This document shows, piece after piece, positions 1 through 14,449 of a stretch of DNA of 64,000 nucleotides. Numbering within the stretch: the stretch's first letter is position 1; the number at the start of each line of letters is the position of its first letter. The stretch lies in contig CM022674.1 of assembly GCA_012295275.1 (NCBI GenBank), forward strand, positions 2,232,001-2,296,000, written 5' to 3'. The notes beneath the pieces are model-generated. The model saw only the letters and a list, made by a program, of their open reading frames with translations, was not told the origin of the DNA and ran no database searches. The position numbers and the translations under genes were made by a program. This DNA is from Chrysomallon squamiferum. Its lineage: Eukaryota > Animalia > Mollusca.

Positions 1-487
1 ATCACATCAAACAAAAGCGTAATTTTTTTTTTTTTTTTTTTACCAAAGTCCATTTCTGAAATATTCACTCAGTTTTAATCTCTGATGTTAAAATCCACCT
101 CACAAAACAAACAGAATTCTGAAAGACATGCCAAACTCCAAGAGCTTCATTAGATTCGCGAAGTTGAAAATGCATGTTCTTACGACCGTACAACATGAAC
201 ACGTAATAACTTTTCAACGGTTGGTTTGACTCAAAGCTTTGTTTCTTCTGCTCGACCAGAAATTTTCGTTTTAAATAAAAGATCGGAACTTCACTGACGT
301 CTGAAATATAGCTTTGCTTAACAACAACATTGCGTGGACTAAAATAAACTTTGCGACTGAGTTGGATAAGATAACTGTGGAATTTTATCGTTTATTTGAA
401 TATATTATTTCATTTGTGAGTGTGTGTGGCCAGATACATTTTTTTTTCGCGAGTACGGTATTTAAGATTCGTTTTGAGTTTCTGCCT

Positions 488-560
<73 letters not shown>

Positions 561-640
561 ATCTGTAATTGTGGAATAAATTCGCGCTAACTGGAATGAA
601 TTAAAGGCGGACAAGTCAGAGAAATTTGATGAACGAGGTT

Positions 641-742
641 GATAATGAATACAAGGTAGCCTCGTGTACCATTTGGTAGAAATTTAAATTTATTGTCCAT
701 CACGTTCATTAATCGTACCGGTCTTAATAAGAAAGATAACTC
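641..742. repeat. Dispersed 102-bp element, copy A (paralog at 4392-4493)
   Basis: Manual gap-free alignment to 4392-4493 gives 79/102 identities; both copies start GATAATGAA and end GAAAGATAACTC. Confidence 0.9.
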
Positions 743-866
743 GGATGTGGTGTTGTTAATGGCGGTGTCTGTGTGTAACTCATGCTGTGGGTAATATTTT
801 GTGCGTATATCAGTTTTGTGTGCAAATGTCTTGCAGTATGTGAGAGTGTGTGGGTATGTGGATATT

Positions 867-922
<56 letters not shown>

Positions 923-1080
923 CTCTCTGTCTGTCTGTGTGTGTCTCATATACATATATGATTGCGTGCACATATTTGTCCACACAAGCATTCTAAACGA
1001 ATCCGGTAATAAAAGCACTGGCTAACTTTTACGATATACTTATAGTGACCCGTACCCTCTGACATATAGTCTCTTTTTAT

Positions 1081-1093
1081 TGACCCTTGACCT
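1081..1093 (-). promoter_or_regulatory. Nuclear-receptor DR1-type element
   Basis: TGACCC-T-TGACCT, followed by a third partial half-site (tTGAC); motif match only. Confidence 0.4.
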
Positions 1094-2007
1094 TTGACAA
1101 ATGGTCCACTTGTCTGACTTTGATCCTTGTCACGATGGCTCATATCTGGACAGTTATACGACGGCCAGGTGAACACAGTTCTGTCACTTTCGTCCATAAA
1201 AAGAAAACAATAAACACTGGCTCCTTGTATCTCTCGACACACTGAAGATTTAAAGTGATGATATGCTTTATTACATACGTCTGAATCTAACGAATACCAT
1301 TGCAATCCTTCTTAGGGATTAAATTTGACAATTCTGTGTAATGAATAAAGCGTAGAGTTTAAACCAAATTTGGCCTGGTGATTTAATATATTTTTAAACC
1401 GATGATATTTTTGGACAAAAAAAGAAAAAAGGACCGTTTGGATCAATCTTACATTTTCTAGCTGTTACCACGATGACAACGAAATCTGAATATCCGACAA
1501 TAAAATGATATCTTCTTTTATCCATTTGGATGCTGAAGCTCTTCTGTTGATTGGAAATCAACCTGTGTATGTGTCTGTCTGTGTGTCTTTGTCTCTTTGT
1601 TTTCATTTTCTTTATTACCGGGCATAAAGATTTTTAAATTTCTTCTTTTATTCCTGGACTCAGGTTTTTCTGCTTGTTCGCGGACGGTAAAGCATTTCTT
1701 ATAATTGGACCCGGCAGACTCGACTCTCAGACGTCCCATCTGCTGACTGCTGTTTCTGTTTTATTTATTGGACTAATTGGACGAGAAACGACAGTTATTT
1801 CAGCTGGTCTATCTGTCTGTTCGGGAGACGTTATTTCAGTTTTAGTAGAAACTTTCCGTTTTTGTCTTTGTAGAATACTGTGTAGTGTTCAGTAGTCTAG
1901 TCTCTTTCATGCTGAATTAAATAAAATTAATAAAATTAAATAGAATTACAGACAGAATAATTTTAACAGTCTCGATTCTTTCAGCGTTTCTGTCTTTTTG
2001 CGTTATT

Positions 2008-2067
<60 letters not shown>

Positions 2068-2203
2068 ATCTGTCTGTTTATCTCGCTGTCTGTCTGTCTA
2101 TCTTTCAAATGTTTTAAGACGACAAATCTACCATTATATAATTATATACATCAAAACCTCACAAAGTCTGTTACAAGACACTGGCATATGTATCGTATTT
2201 TGA

Positions 2204-2244
<41 letters not shown>

Positions 2245-2685
2245 TAGTGGGATATAACTTTATAAGATGTAATACAGAATGACAGAGTATAAAACTCTTG
2301 CACATTATCTCCTATTACGACATTGCATTACACCCCCAGAACGCAGTTTGCTTCAGATATATCTAATTATGTACACCAAGTCAAGTATGATAAGATCACA
2401 TACATTTCCACTTCTGTATTTATGCTTCTAAATTAACATCCCAGATAAATCCTGCTTTTCGCATCTCGGAATAAGCTAATTCAATTTCCAGTCGTATTTG
2501 TTTCAAACCTTCTGACACAAATTCTTTCTAACGTTCTTTTTATTACCCAATCGCTTTATGCCGCCGAGCGACAATGCGTTTTTTTTAATTGCATTAGCCA
2601 ACGATTTTAAATAAAATCAGTGATGTTTAACAAACCTGATTAGACCGATTCCTTCGCGGTTATCGGCAAAACTTCCTCGGCGCTG

Positions 2686-3001
2686 GTCGTGTGGCAGTCC
2701 TCCTCGGCGAAGGCTAATGTTAGTCGTGTGGCAGTCCTCCTCGGCGAAGGCTAATGTTAGTCGTGTGGCAGTCCTCCTCGGCGAAGGCTAATGTTGGTCG
2801 TGTGGCAGTCCTCCTCGGCGAAGGCTAATGTTAGTCGTGTGGCAGTCCTCTTCGGCGAAGGCTAATGTTAGTCGTGTGGCAGTCCTCCTCGGCGCAGACT
2901 AATGTTAGTTTTGTGGCAGTCCTCCTCGTCGAAGGCTAATGTTGGTCGTGTGGCAGTCCTCCTCGGCGCAGGCTAATGTTGGTCGTGTGGCAGTCCTCCT
3001 C
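2686..3001. repeat. 37-bp GC-rich minisatellite, about 8.5 copies
   Basis: Unit GTCGTGTGGCAGTCCTCCTCGGCGAAGGCTAATGTT(A/G) starts at 2686, 2723, 2760, 2797, 2834, 2871, 2908, 2945 and 2982 (partial); few substitutions and no spacers. Confidence 0.97.
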
Positions 3002-3867
3002 CTCCCCCTCTTCCAGGCGAGATCTGTTTGCTCGGCAAGTTTTCTTATCAAACGCGCAGATCGATGAAGAAACAGCACTGCTTGACTAATTGAAATTAAA
3101 AAAAAAAAAAAAAAAGAAAGAAAAAAAATGTCTTAGACGTACACGCACCTGTTCTTATCGTTATGATCTTTTATGATTTTCATTTTTTTTTCTTTCTTTC
3201 TTTTTTTTTTTGTTCTGTTTTCTTTCTTTAATTTTTTTCTTTCTCTTTCTCATTCTTTCTTTCTTCCTTTTATTTTATGTTTCTTAAATTTATTTCATTA
3301 TTATTATTTTTTACTATTTCTGTATTTAGTTACATCCTTATTCATTCATTCGATCGTTTATTCATTCATTCATTCATTCATCCCATTCACTCATTTAACC
3401 ATTCATTTATTACAAACACTCCACTCCTGCTTCTTTGGTTAAACAAAAAAAAAAAAAAAAAAAAAAAAAGACAAAATTCAAGACCTCGGTCGGATGACAT
3501 GAATTAACAAAGGTGTAATTCTAATATTCTTTTCCCAATAACAAATGTGTCTGTTCGTACGTTGCTACCACAGCACATAACTCACGTGCTGCACGAGGGA
3601 TTCAAAAGCTAGCTCAACCTGCGTAACAAAACAGCGAACGCTCGAACTCGGGTAATAACTTGCGCAACACCATCGATCATTCCAGGAAGTCCGCGCAACA
3701 CAAAGAGAGAAGAAACAGAGTAAGGAAATGAGTTACAGAATTAGCGATTCAGTTAAACAAAAAATAATTAATACCAGCGGGACTGCTTCGTATCGATACC
3801 GTTAACTAGATCTCTCTCACTGCTTTTATGTGTTTCTGTTTCTGTGTTACTGTTATTCCTGTGGTCG

Positions 3868-3872
<5 letters not shown>

Positions 3873-3966
<94 letters not shown>

Positions 3967-4058
3967 TCTATGTATATGTATATTCTGTCTCTCTCTGTCA
4001 TTCTGTCTCTCCTCTCAATCTTTCTCTCTCTGTCTCTCTCTTATGTATATTCCTATGG

Positions 4059-4154
<96 letters not shown>
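3873..4154. repeat. Compound (TC)n microsatellite tracts
   Basis: Two long pure (TC)n runs with an interrupted linker. Similar (TC/AG)n runs occur near 490, 870, 2011, 10020, 11298, 11921, 13093, 13551, 14733, 29775, 30416, 34958, 41981, 42321, 45287, 46145, 48510, 57520, 58039 and 63285. Confidence 0.97.
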
Positions 4155-4157
<3 letters not shown>

Positions 4158-4391
4158 ATATATATGTAATATATATATTCTCTCTGTCGTTCTCTTCCAT
4201 TTTTTCTTTCGTTCTTTCATTCACATTCCCTCTCCCTCTCCCTCCCCCCCATTCTCTTTCTTTCTATCTATCTCTGACCCCTTGTAAAAGACGCCACCTA
4301 ATAAGCACAATGAACAGTAGCGAAAAAGAAAAAAAAAAAAAAAAAAAAAGAAAGAAAGAAAGAAAGAAGGAGAGAACTGATTGATGAGCTA

Positions 4392-4493
4392 GATAATGAA
4401 AACAAGGTGCCCACGTGTACCAATTGGAAGAGATTTAATTTTGCCGTCCTTCACGTTCATTAGTATTATCAAGCTGTAGAGGAAAGATAACTC
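4392..4493. repeat. Dispersed 102-bp element, copy B (paralog at 641-742)
   Basis: Same alignment as copy A, same orientation. Confidence 0.9.
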
Positions 4494-4953
4494 TATTCTG
4501 ACATTAATTTGAATCAGATGATGAGAACAGCCAGAAAGAAAGATTATTCGTTTAAAATAATGTTTAGTTAAAGTGAGGCAAAGAGACTTTAGCAAAGGAT
4601 ATTTTTTTTTTTTTTATCTTTTAGCTGCTAGGTTTTGTATTAATGTTAGAGACTTATTTATTTATTTATTTATTTATTTACTTATTTATTTCGTTTATTT
4701 GTTGTTTGTTTGTCTTTTTTGTTTGTGTATCCTTAAAAGTTTGTTTTTATTATTATTCTCTTTGTCGTTGTCATTATTATTATTACAATTATTATTGCCG
4801 CTGTTGTTGTTGTTGTTGTTGTTGCCGTCGTCGTTATTGTGATCACTGCAATCATTTTATATATTTATTTACAAGTATTATAACTGCTCTTTCATACTGC
4901 TGCTACTGCTGCTATTACTACTACTACAGTGACTACCATTACAACAACTGCAA

Positions 4954-4988
<35 letters not shown>

Positions 4989-5389
4989 AGAGAGTAAGGA
5001 GTAATTAAGAAAGAAAAAATTAAATAAATAATTTACCTAGCAATTTATCTTCAGACTTGTTTGTATAGCGGCTGTTTACTTCCAAACAAATCAGACTGAC
5101 ACTTTAGTGTGTCGTTTCGCTTATTACGTCACAATGCAATGACGTAATACAATCATTTAAGATTTTCTTCTTCTGGTATTGTGGTTAGATGTTACGAAAT
5201 CACAGTAGGGTATTAGCACAAACCAGGTCAGTTAATCATTATTTATTTATTTATTTATTTATTTGTTTGTTTGTTTGTTTGTTTGTTACTTTGTTTATTT
5301 GTAAGTAGATTTATAAAAGATAGATAATTAATTTTCTTTGAATTATTTTGTTTTGTTACTTGACTACAACAACAGAAACGAAAATAAAA

Positions 5390-5630
5390 AATAGTTGTAA
5401 TAGTAGTAGTAAAGTAGTAGTAGCAATAGTAATAACAACAACAGCAACAATAATAATAATAACAATAATAATAGTAACAGCAATAACAATAATACTAACT
5501 ACAACAATAACTATGACAGTAATTATAATAATAATAACAACAACAACGACAATAACAACAACAACAACAACAAAAACAACAACATCAACAGTATCAGCTT
5601 CTTTAAAAACAATACAACTAACAGTAACAT
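5390..5630. repeat. Compound (AAT/AAC/AGT)n trinucleotide low-complexity tract
   Basis: Direct reading; similar tracts near 6330, 33250, 34330, 37420, 41375, 43360, 54660 and 60940. Confidence 0.92.
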
Positions 5631-6091
5631 AAACAATTTTACAGTAAATCATCTACATTCAGATTCAAAACGAATATTGTTTTTATTTAACATTCAACTG
5701 CATATATTCCATTGTTAAACCTTTACGTTCTCTATAATTGCCCTGTTTTGTAATGGTAACAGTCATCTAATTATTAAGAATCTAATAAATAAACATAAAA
5801 CCTAAACTGGCATTGAATTATACAGCTATTAACTTTGTCAAACCAGCGACAGTTCAGTTGATTTTGTGCCTGAACACACAAAACATATGTTACACATTTT
5901 AAATATATCTGCTATTAACATCTGATAAAATTAGATACACAGAGAGATAATATGTCAAGCCAGTAAGCTGAACAGTATTGGTAGAACAAAACCAACAACA
6001 ACAACAACAACAACAACAACAAAAACAACAACAACAACAACAACAACACCAACACCACACACACACATACGTATTATATGTATAATTATTT

Positions 6092-6150
<59 letters not shown>

Positions 6151-6328
6151 GTATGTATTTGTGTATGTGTCTATATAGGCCTATACACACACAGACACAT
6201 ATAGAGAGATATACATATATATGTGTGTATATGTATGTGTGTGTGTTTATGTGTTTATGTGTATATGTCTCCCTGTAGTCACATTGTACATATAAGGAAA
6301 GTCTAACCACTAAACTACAGCTAGCTTC

Positions 6329-6391
<63 letters not shown>

Positions 6392-6658
6392 TGATGATGA
6401 TGATGATAATGATGGTGATGATGATGATAACATTAAAACAACAAGAAAAACAACAACAATAATAATTAACAAGATGTCAAGTAAATTCCATAAAAATCTT
6501 ATAATCTTATAACCCTTCCTCTGGCGAGATTTGAACACGCGACTCACGACTCTTGAAGACAAGATTATACCCCCCCTTTTTATTGCGACATCTGCCCCTC
6601 CCCTTTTTTCTTCATAACATTCACCTATTTCCACCACCCCACGTAACATCTCTACCCC

Positions 6659-6692
<34 letters not shown>

Positions 6693-8940
6693 ACATATCA
6701 GTGCTTAAAAGGAACATCCTGGTCATCACAGAAGACAGAGAATTCAAAATCGACCGCTGAATTAGCTGGAACAAATAGAATCCCACTGATCTTAACAAAT
6801 TAGTTTGTGCAATTCCATTCCGTTGTCGTTGGCAAGGGGTTAATTTGGTTTAGGCCGAACATGGTTCAGACGCAGTTGGCTTTAACTTGGGCTTTGACCT
6901 GCGTCTGTGACGTATGGCTTGTCGCGCGGTTTGAAATGTAGCTGCTGTTAGTCGCAGTCAAGAAGAAGGTCTGTTGAATGTCGTCGAGTCAGTTTAGAGA
7001 CGGAGAGACACAGTGATTAATGTTTTGTCGAACGAAAGGGAATAGCTGATGTGTTTCAAATTGCGTTAGGAACTTTTAAACGAATAAAGTAGCTAACTTT
7101 ATTTAAATTTTGTTAGAAACTTTTCAATTTGGTTTCATTACTTAAGTTAATAAGCAGCATAATTTATTTTAAATTCTGTTTAAAAACATTCGATTTATGG
7201 TTTTTGTTTTTGCTCAACGAAATAAGAAACTACACTTCTCTGAATAAAATAAAAATAAAAATAAAAATAAAATAAATAATGTATTTCATTTCTTCTGAAA
7301 ATTTTTAGTTGCTTTTATGAATGAACAAAACCTTTGATAATCCATTTGTCGAGTAATTGTCAAAGAGAAATAGTAGTGTAGATTATTTTGCTCAATTTAC
7401 TTTTAGCTTAATGAATTGGTATGTAAAAGGATAGCTGTCATAATAATCCTGTTTTAGTTTTTGAATAATTTTGTCCACGATTCTTGCCTAAAATGTCTGA
7501 CATTTTTGTACATCCATTGCATTGAGGTCTATTCATTCTGGATTAGATTTGTAAATTCAAAAAAAAAAAAAAAAATATATATATATAATATATATATATT
7601 TACTCACTGTAGGTTTAAAATGAAGTTTTGAAGTATTAACATGTAAAATCGACATTTGGAAATGTAAAGAGGTTTATTTCTCTTCATATTTATACTTCTT
7701 TTCTTCATGTATTCTTTTCAGTACATAAATTCTATTATAACTTTTACATTTTTGTAATTTTAATCTGATGTAACTATTGCAAGCAGCAAACATTTTTAGG
7801 ACCAAGATTTTTTTTTTAAAAGTAAACGTATATAACAAAGGAGAATTTGTGCATTATTTGCACCTCTGATCACCCTTCTGTCCCAGCTGACTGGAACCGC
7901 CACACCCCTGCCTCACCCCTGCCCCACCCTCTGGAACCGCGCCCGTTTCTGTCGCACAGGAAAATGTCACAGAAATTTGTTTGTCTTCCAGCAGCTTGTC
8001 ATTACGCTCTGTGTATCCAGGTGTCCAGAATAAACAGTTTACAAGAGTGTGGAGAAAAGCCCAGACAATAATTCGTGTGTGTGTGTGTGTGTGTATTACA
8101 TGTTATTTTATCATTAAGTGTTTGGTAATTGCGCGATAAACGACAATGACGTTCGAAGTGGAAAAAAAAAAAAAAACAAAACTCGGGTGACAAAAATACA
8201 AACAAACACACAGCAGCTGCGTAATAAAAGGAATATTACGAAGGCAACATGTGATTACGTAATTACATTTTCATAGATAATTAGATGATGTATGCGTGCG
8301 TTGTTAGTACCTGCTGTTTTCATTTCGTTCGTATTGTTTCCATTTAGTTCCCGTTGTTTGTTTTTTTTTAACTTGGTTTTATCTTGTTTTCATTTGCTTC
8401 CTATTGTTTTTATTTGGCTGTAGACCTCGTTTTCTTGTCATTGTTGTCGTTTTCGTTTCGATCTCGTATTTGTTTATTTATTTATTTTATTATGCTGCTG
8501 CAAGGATTCATTAACTTTGTTTTTGTTTTTATGATGTTCTTGTTGTTCCAATATTGTTTTTTTTTCCCGTTTTGTCAAGCTGCTGTCATCTTCAATAAGT
8601 TTTCCTATTTAATTTAGTTATTTCTGTTTTATTCAATATATTAGTCAATAATAACTCCTGTTTTATTACAAATGTTACTTAATTTGTTTCAAGATGGTTT
8701 TCGTATAATCCGTTCAGACTCTTTCTGAAAACATTAACGAAACAAATTATCATTCTACGTCATTGCTGTTAAAGGGATATTCAGGTGAAACGTTGCTATG
8801 CATATTCAGCAGTATTAAAACACTCGGGCCAAAGCTTAAGGGCTTTAATGCATAATTAACATTATTAAATACACCTCGCAGTCGAATACTCATTAATATT
8901 CCTCGCAACTATTATTTATTTATTTATATATTTATTTATT

Positions 8941-9004
<64 letters not shown>

Positions 9005-9005
9005 T

Positions 9006-9038
<33 letters not shown>

Positions 9039-10015
9039 CATTAACAAAAATGTGAACGATTTCATTCAACCAAGAAAAGTTAACGATTCTGCCAAAAGTT
9101 GTAAATCTAATAACATTTATGAAACAGAAAGAACATACCTTTCGTTATTACATTCTAAATAACATCTATCAAGAATATTCCACAACATGATGTTCACAGA
9201 CAATATATCATACAATTCCAGATCTACTTTCATTAATTAAGTTGTCCCAAAGCATGCCAAAATCGCTGCCTACGGAAAAGAAAACACGCCTTATATTTAA
9301 AATTAATTCTAAAAATCAAATTTTACATTAATATGGTTTAGAAAAGCTTCTTTTTATAATGCATAAAAATCACATCTGGTCGGGGTATACTTCTGACTGA
9401 GCCTGTGATGTACCGTATATTGTTTTGTTCAGTATACTTTGCTTTTTCCAGATAAGCATGTCTCGAATGCAGAAGGTTTACATTTGGCTTCAGATTCCGT
9501 TAACCTTGTTCACGGTTATTACGAAGCTTCATTGTTTAACTAAGCAGGTGCGAAGTATCATGCTCGATAGCACAAAGTTTGGTATTGTTTAATACAGCGA
9601 TAAAACTGGTAAATGATAAAAAGATGATGAGAGAAAATAAAACAACAGTAAACAAATGTAATGAAGGTGGATAATTTCAGAAGCAGTTTAATACAGTGTG
9701 GAATAACCCTTCTTTCTTATTATTTATTTATTTTTTCATGTCTTTCGACCTCTCTGTCTTTCCTTCTCTCTCTCTCTTTCTTTCTTTTATTCTCTTTGGT
9801 AAACATGCGCAGACTTATACAATCTTTCTCACAGAGAAGAAGAACAACATACATTCTTAAAATCTCTCTTTTTGTGTCTGACAGTCTCCTATCTAATATC
9901 CAAAAATATAAATAAATAAATAAAAATAGCAATAATATTCGTTAATCTACATATGAATTCACACTTATGTATGATATTTCTGTATTTCTCTCCATCACAC
10001 ACACACACACACACA

Positions 10016-10106
<91 letters not shown>

Positions 10107-11184
10107 TTTCTCCTCCATCTAACATCCCGAACTGTAAAAGCAGCTTCAGTCTGCAGGTAGCTGCCACAACACACGCACTACACAAGTATCCTGTTACACT
10201 CTCTTATCACTTCATTTAACACACTGTTAAATCAGAGCACCTCTTCAATACGACACTTTTATGTGTGAAATATCAACTGATTATGGTTCACCCTTTCCTG
10301 AATTTTTTTTTTCTTCTTTTCTTTCCTTCTTTTCTTTCTTTCTTTTTTTCTTTTTTTTCTTTTTTTTCTTCTTTTCTTTCTTTCTTTTTTTTTTCTCTTT
10401 TAAATCATTTTTAGTATTTTTTTTAAACCTGTCTTCATTTCAGTAAATTATTTCCTTTTTACTTTTTGCAGATTTCATTTCTTTTGACTTTTGATTTTTC
10501 TTCTTTCTTTCTTTTCTTTCATTACATTCATCCGTTCATCCATTCTTTTTTTTTTTAATTCACATGTATATATACCTTTGTTTTAGTCATGCATTTCTTT
10601 ATCTTCTCTCACTTTTCATTCATTCATTTTTTCTTTCTTTCGTTTTTTATCATTCTTTCTTTCCTTCCTCCCTCTTTCCTTATTTCTCCCTTACCTCTTC
10701 TTCTTTCCTTCACTCTTGCTTTCTTCTACATTGAAAACTTTTCGCTCTAACTTGCACGTGTATAAGACTGTGTATGGAACAAATGAACACAGTACACTCT
10801 GCAGCCTATATAATTATATTCTCTGATTGTGTAACTGAAGCACTTAACGAGTAGGGCGAACGAAACCGTCATTCTTAGTCATCAGATACAATAGAGATGC
10901 TTGTCCAATTACTTCATGGATGAATCTGCTGGTATGTCATTTGTATATACAGTTATTTAATTCTACGGTTTCTGGTTATCTATGTATGTATGTATGTATG
11001 TATGTATACATGTCTTATTAACTTATTTTCTGTATATAACAGGTTTAGTGTATTTATGTATCATATAGTTATTCAGTAAAGAAGTTATTTAATGTGTAGT
11101 TTCTGATTATTATTAATTTTTGTTATACGTCTCTGTATGTGTGTGTGTATATGTATTTATATATGTTTGTAAGCAGTATTTACG

Positions 11185-11223
<39 letters not shown>

Positions 11224-11293
11224 CTCTTTCACTGTTTACATGAAAAATTGTAGTCTTGTTATGTATATGAAAAGCTCTCCACATTGCAATTGT

Positions 11294-11416
<123 letters not shown>

Positions 11417-11913
11417 AATTCCACAAGCACATTAATAAAACAAACCAGACTCTATTACAAAATAACCAAACAAAAATTTCCACAAAATAAAACACACACA
11501 CACAAAAAAATGTTTAATTATTGATTACCCTGTACACTTTTTTTTTTTTTTATTTCGAGAACAAATCAAATTTCCAAAATGTCGCGACATCCATACATTT
11601 TCTCATAAATATATTATCACAGCATTTCCATTTATATTTAAATATAAACATTTCAACATTTGTGACTAATGTTTTTCTTTTCCTTTCTCGTTTTAGGTAA
11701 GTGTGTTTTGACGATGTAGTTAGAAAACGGAAGAAAATAGTATTAATCACTCTGTATTGGTGAGTCACATTTCATAGTGTTACTTAAATATATTAGTTTT
11801 TCTCTTTTTCTGTTATTTATGTCGCTATGTATCATAACGTGCGTGTGCGTGTGAGTGTGTGTATATATATATATATTATGTATTTAAATATATCTATTAC
11901 TTACCATTCAATT

Positions 11914-12007
<94 letters not shown>

Positions 12008-12279
12008 ATCTATTTATTTATATATGTTGTTCTTTTTCCTATTATTATTTGAAATTCAGTTGAAAGTATGGTTTTAAAGAATATATATATATATATATAT
12101 ATATTTAATTAATCACAACTGAAATAACTTGAAGAACGTAATTTATGCCTACAGTCTATATTAATACAAACACATTTTAACAAGAGATAATACAATTAAC
12201 TACGCCATAACTTACGACAATTTTCATCTTCTGTCACATTCATCACAACAACTGTAAAAATTATTACGTCACATTTACT

Positions 12280-12357
12280 CATGATTTAGCGGCTGTTACG
12301 TTTAACTCCCGACGTTCCCATGATTTAGCGGCTGTTACGTTTAACTCCCGGCGTTCC
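12280..12357. repeat. Tandem duplication of a 39-bp unit
   Basis: CATGATTTAGCGGCTGTTACGTTTAACTCCCG(A/G)CGTTCC at 12280 and 12319, one mismatch. Confidence 0.95.
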
Positions 12358-12780
12358 CAGACCTTTTATTATCACGTGACCGACATAATCAGTCTTCCCG
12401 AGAATATTATATTAAACTTGTCTCACCGTGTGTTGGGCTGGCTTTCTCACCAGTGCTTGGACATTTTGTCCCGTCAGATGTGATGTATTGTTTGACAGAT
12501 GAAATAATATTTACTTGTGAATGACATTACAGTCAAATCTGCTTGTCACAGGACGGCGTAATGCATTCACCGCGGAGCAGTAACAATGCCCCGTCTACTT
12601 CCGGTTGTTGTTACCCCGAGAAATGGGAAGCTGTCGCAGTAGTTGCGTGTTGCAGCTGCCACGTTGTTAAAAAAGTTACTTAATTTTTTCAAAAATTCAT
12701 TACATACGGGCGAAGCTTTTAAATAAAATGCATTTTTCTTTTTTCAGTTTAGGGGTAACCGTCAACATTCAATTAGTGGT

Positions 12781-12953
12781 AAAATAAAATAAAATAAAAT
12801 AAAATAAAAAAAAATAAAATAAAATAAAGTAAAGTAAAATAAAATAAAATAAAATAAAATAAAATAAAATAAAATAAAATAAAATAAAATAAAATAAAAT
12901 AAAATAAAATAAAATAAAATAAAATAAAATAAAATAAAATAAAATAAAATAAA
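12781..12953. repeat. (AAAAT)n pentanucleotide microsatellite
   Basis: Direct reading. Confidence 0.97.
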
Positions 12954-13061
12954 TAATTTAAGAAAACACATGTGTGGAATACATAACCCATAAACTGTTA
13001 TTGGTAAAAACAACGAGAACAATCAAAAATAATAACATAGTTATTGCCAAGTCCATTTTTC

Positions 13062-13174
<113 letters not shown>

Positions 13175-13597
13175 TGTACTTTAATAACACCATTCTATAA
13201 TAGTCACACCTACAACCACAGAAAAGGTTGGGGAAAAAAAACACGAACATGGAATAATCAATATTTCTGCAGCAAAAGGTTAATAGAAAAAGCTTTTTTC
13301 TCATCGTGAAACAATCTCGTTGTCAGGAAATATAATGTAACATTGACATTGCTGGCCGACACGTAAGCGAGGTGACAGATGAAAACACATGCAGGCAGAG
13401 AAACGACAGAGAAATGACAGACGGAGAGAGAGAGATAGAATCCGTGTATAGGTGTGTGTGTGTGTGTGCTTTTGTGTGAGTGAAGAGGAGATAGAGAAAG
13501 ACAAAGTGAGAGAGATGAATATCTAGTTAGATTTGTTCTTCATAGGCCATAGAGAGAGAAAGAAAGAAAGAAAGAGAGAGAGAAAGAGAGAAAGAGA

Positions 13598-13709
<112 letters not shown>

Positions 13710-14403
13710 GACGACATAGACAAAATGTATCATTTAACTATTTATTTAAAATATCTATATATATATACACGTGAAATAATGTTTCTGTATGTTCGAAAGC
13801 ACTGTACAGTAAATTTCACACTTACAGCGTCACATGTGCTGTATCTGAGTACTGTAGTTAGTATCATTTTATTTGTGTCTTGTCAGATTTTATTAGTAGG
13901 AAGAACGTGTTCAAACTATGAGTTATGGTGAAATTGCGTAATTTTACATACATGTTCAGGGCATACGTGGATAATATACATCAGCAGGTCAACCTGTCAT
14001 TTTATTGTGAAATGTTGTTGTTAGCTACGAAAGGTCGGCAAATACAACAAAATGATAATTTGGTTAGTATTATTCATTCCTGGTGGAGTTTATAATGATA
14101 GGCCATTTACTGTGCAACTCGTATACCATATACAAACAGTCATAAACACAGAGATATATATATTCTTATTTATATACACATACACATAAATACATACATA
14201 TATATTATATGCAGTATGCAACACAAAGCTATATACATTTTTTATAAAGACATAAATACATACACACATACATATATAATATATACAGTATGCAACACAG
14301 AGGTATAACATATACATCGTTACATTATGTTTCAATTATACAGTATATAACCATCACGTCACTTTAACAGTTCAATTCCCAGCTGACAGACGAATGCTGA
14401 GAA

Positions 14404-14449
14404 AACAGACGACTATCGACTTAACAGACCGTTATCGACATAACAGACG
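14404..14449. repeat. Degenerate 19-bp tandem repeat, about 2.5 copies
   Basis: AACAGACGACTATCGACTT / AACAGACCGTTATCGACAT / AACAGACG. Confidence 0.7.

Noticed and set aside
120-130. miR-71-like TGAAAGACATG
   Set aside because: Only 11 nt match and there is no hairpin
641-742. Paralogous coding exons (ELSFL...GTRG.LVFII in both minus-strand ORFs)
   Set aside because: Mismatches are spread evenly over codon positions (8/7/8), with no synonymous bias and no clear splice sites
2686-3001. CRISPR array (37-bp repeat)
   Set aside because: Units are head-to-tail with no unique spacers, there are no cas genes, and the context is eukaryotic
4381-4501. C/D snoRNA or hammerhead ribozyme (TGATGA ... 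GAAA ... CTGA)
   Set aside because: Copy A lacks the D box, and the hammerhead core CTGATGA and its stems are not satisfied
12563-12574. miR-124 antisense-like GCATTCACCGCG
   Set aside because: The 12-nt match excludes the seed, and there is no precursor stem
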